Source: Narcine bancroftii (lineage: Eukaryota). Taken from it: DNA of 64,000 nucleotides. Of the stretch, positions 62,706 through 64,000 are shown one piece after another. How positions within the stretch are numbered: position 1 is the first letter of the stretch; the number at the start of each line of letters is the position of its first letter. The translations under genes and the position numbers were made by a program. The stretch lies in NCBI RefSeq assembly GCF_036971445.1, contig NC_091470.1:221092001-221156000 (forward strand), written 5' to 3'. A model generated the notes under the pieces. The model was not told where the DNA came from and searched no databases. It worked only from the letters and a program-made list of their open reading frames with translations.

Positions 62706-62889
62706 AAAGCTCATGAAAGTAGACAATATGTTCTTTGTAATGGAATAAAGGTTATTGATTGCACCCAAAAGATCCACTTTATGCTGGTCAAGGCAAAACT
62801 GGCTAAACAAGTCTTGCTATTCAGAATATGCCAACATGAGGAGCTCATGAAAACAGCGATTTCCAATTTCCCACTTTCAGCAATTAATA

Positions 62890-63960
62890 AACTGACCATT
62901 CTCTGAATCTCCCAGTGGCCATCTATTTCAATTCCCCACCCTACATCACCACATCTGTCCATGGTCTCATGCGCTGCCAGGCTGAGACTACCCGCTGCAA
63001 AGTGGAAGAACAACACCTCAAATTCCATCTAAGCAACTTCTAACTGGATGGCATCAACATCGACTTCTCTAGTTTCTGTAACCTACCCCCACCTTTCCTT
63101 TTCACAGTTGCCTTTCATAGAGCCAAAGTCAATTCTCACCTTTCCTATCTCCTGTCCTCTTATCATATCTAACATCTTTTGTCTGCTGATTTTTACTCTT
63201 CCCTATTCTCCAGGATTTTAATTCAGGTACCTGTCTGCTTTTAACTCATACCTTGATAATCAAGATTATCAAGTTCCTTGGAGTGCACTTGACAGAGAAT
63301 CTCACCTGGTCCCTTAGCACCAGCTCCAGCCAAGAAAGCCCAGCAGCGCCTCTACTTCCTGCAAAGGAAGAGGAAAGTGCACCTCCCCCATCCTCACTTC
63401 ATTCTACAGAGGATATATTGAGATGTACCACTTTGGACTGCAAGACCCTGCAGAAGATGAAGTTAGTGGAAAAGACCATCGGTGAATCTCTTCCGCATGA
63501 AGGACATCGCATGTGAAAAGCAATAAACATCGTGAAAGACGCCACACATCAAGCACGTAAACTGTTCTCCCTTCTGCCATCTGACAGGAGATACCGAAGC
63601 ACTTGGGCCCTTGCGTCCAGAGTGGGACACAACCTCCCCCCCCACCCAGCCAACATGCTCCTGTGGATAATGTGCCATGAACTTTGTTTATATGTCTTAG
63701 TATCTTAATATTTTAATGTGTTAACTGCTTTCTTAATCATATGTTTGCTCCATGGTCCTGGAGAAACATTTTGTCCTACTGTACGAGCATGGTATGAACA
63801 ATAAGTAAAGTTGACTCAACATGGTCTGAGCTTGAGGAAGGGCTCAGTCCTGAAATGTCGTTAAAATATCTTTAACCCCTATGGACACGGCGAGACCTGT
63901 CGATATCCTTCAGCATTTCTATGTTTCTCCAACTAACGCAGCATCTGCAGACTTCCACTT
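62890..63960 (+). mobile_element. Penelope-like 3' remnant (62890-63256 plus 63831-63960) split by a Rex1 fragment
   Basis: PVA..HLSMV..KVEEQHL GIY-YIG tail; ATACCTTGA|..|CTTGAGGAAGGGCTCAGTCCTGAAATGTC. Confidence 0.75.
63257..63830 (+). mobile_element. Rex1-type LINE 3' fragment
   Basis: KFLGVHLTENLTWS, AQQRLYFL, LFSLLPS; tail TAAAGTTGACTC. Confidence 0.82.
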
Positions 63961-64000
63961 TCCACTTCCTTCAACCATTCTCCGAGTTAGGTTTAATTTT

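Overview
Eukaryotic, repeat-dominated, gene-poor DNA. The repeat repertoire (HE1-like tRNA SINEs, CR1, Rex1/Babar, L1, RTE, Penelope, BEL/Pao, Gypsy, Tigger, hAT and Harbinger MITEs) suggests a cartilaginous fish, probably a ray; this is inference only. No host gene could be supported. The most notable element is a very young class III (ERV-S-like, tRNA-Ser-primed) provirus at 39766-45361 (-). It has apparently identical 774-bp LTRs and a 5-bp TSD. It is miniaturised by at least four internal deletions that all keep the reading frame, leaving one 1144-codon gag-pro-pol ORF with dead RT/RNase H plus a signal-peptide/TM-only mini-Env. The window also holds about 15 decayed minimal hammerhead-ribozyme motifs from Penelope-like terminal repeats, several in fold-back pairs. 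Other content: a decayed L1 (1-5530), a Tigger > BEL/Pao > CR1-tail nest (23781-31116), several solo LTRs and three N gaps. All calls were made by eye, and boundaries of old repeats are approximate.
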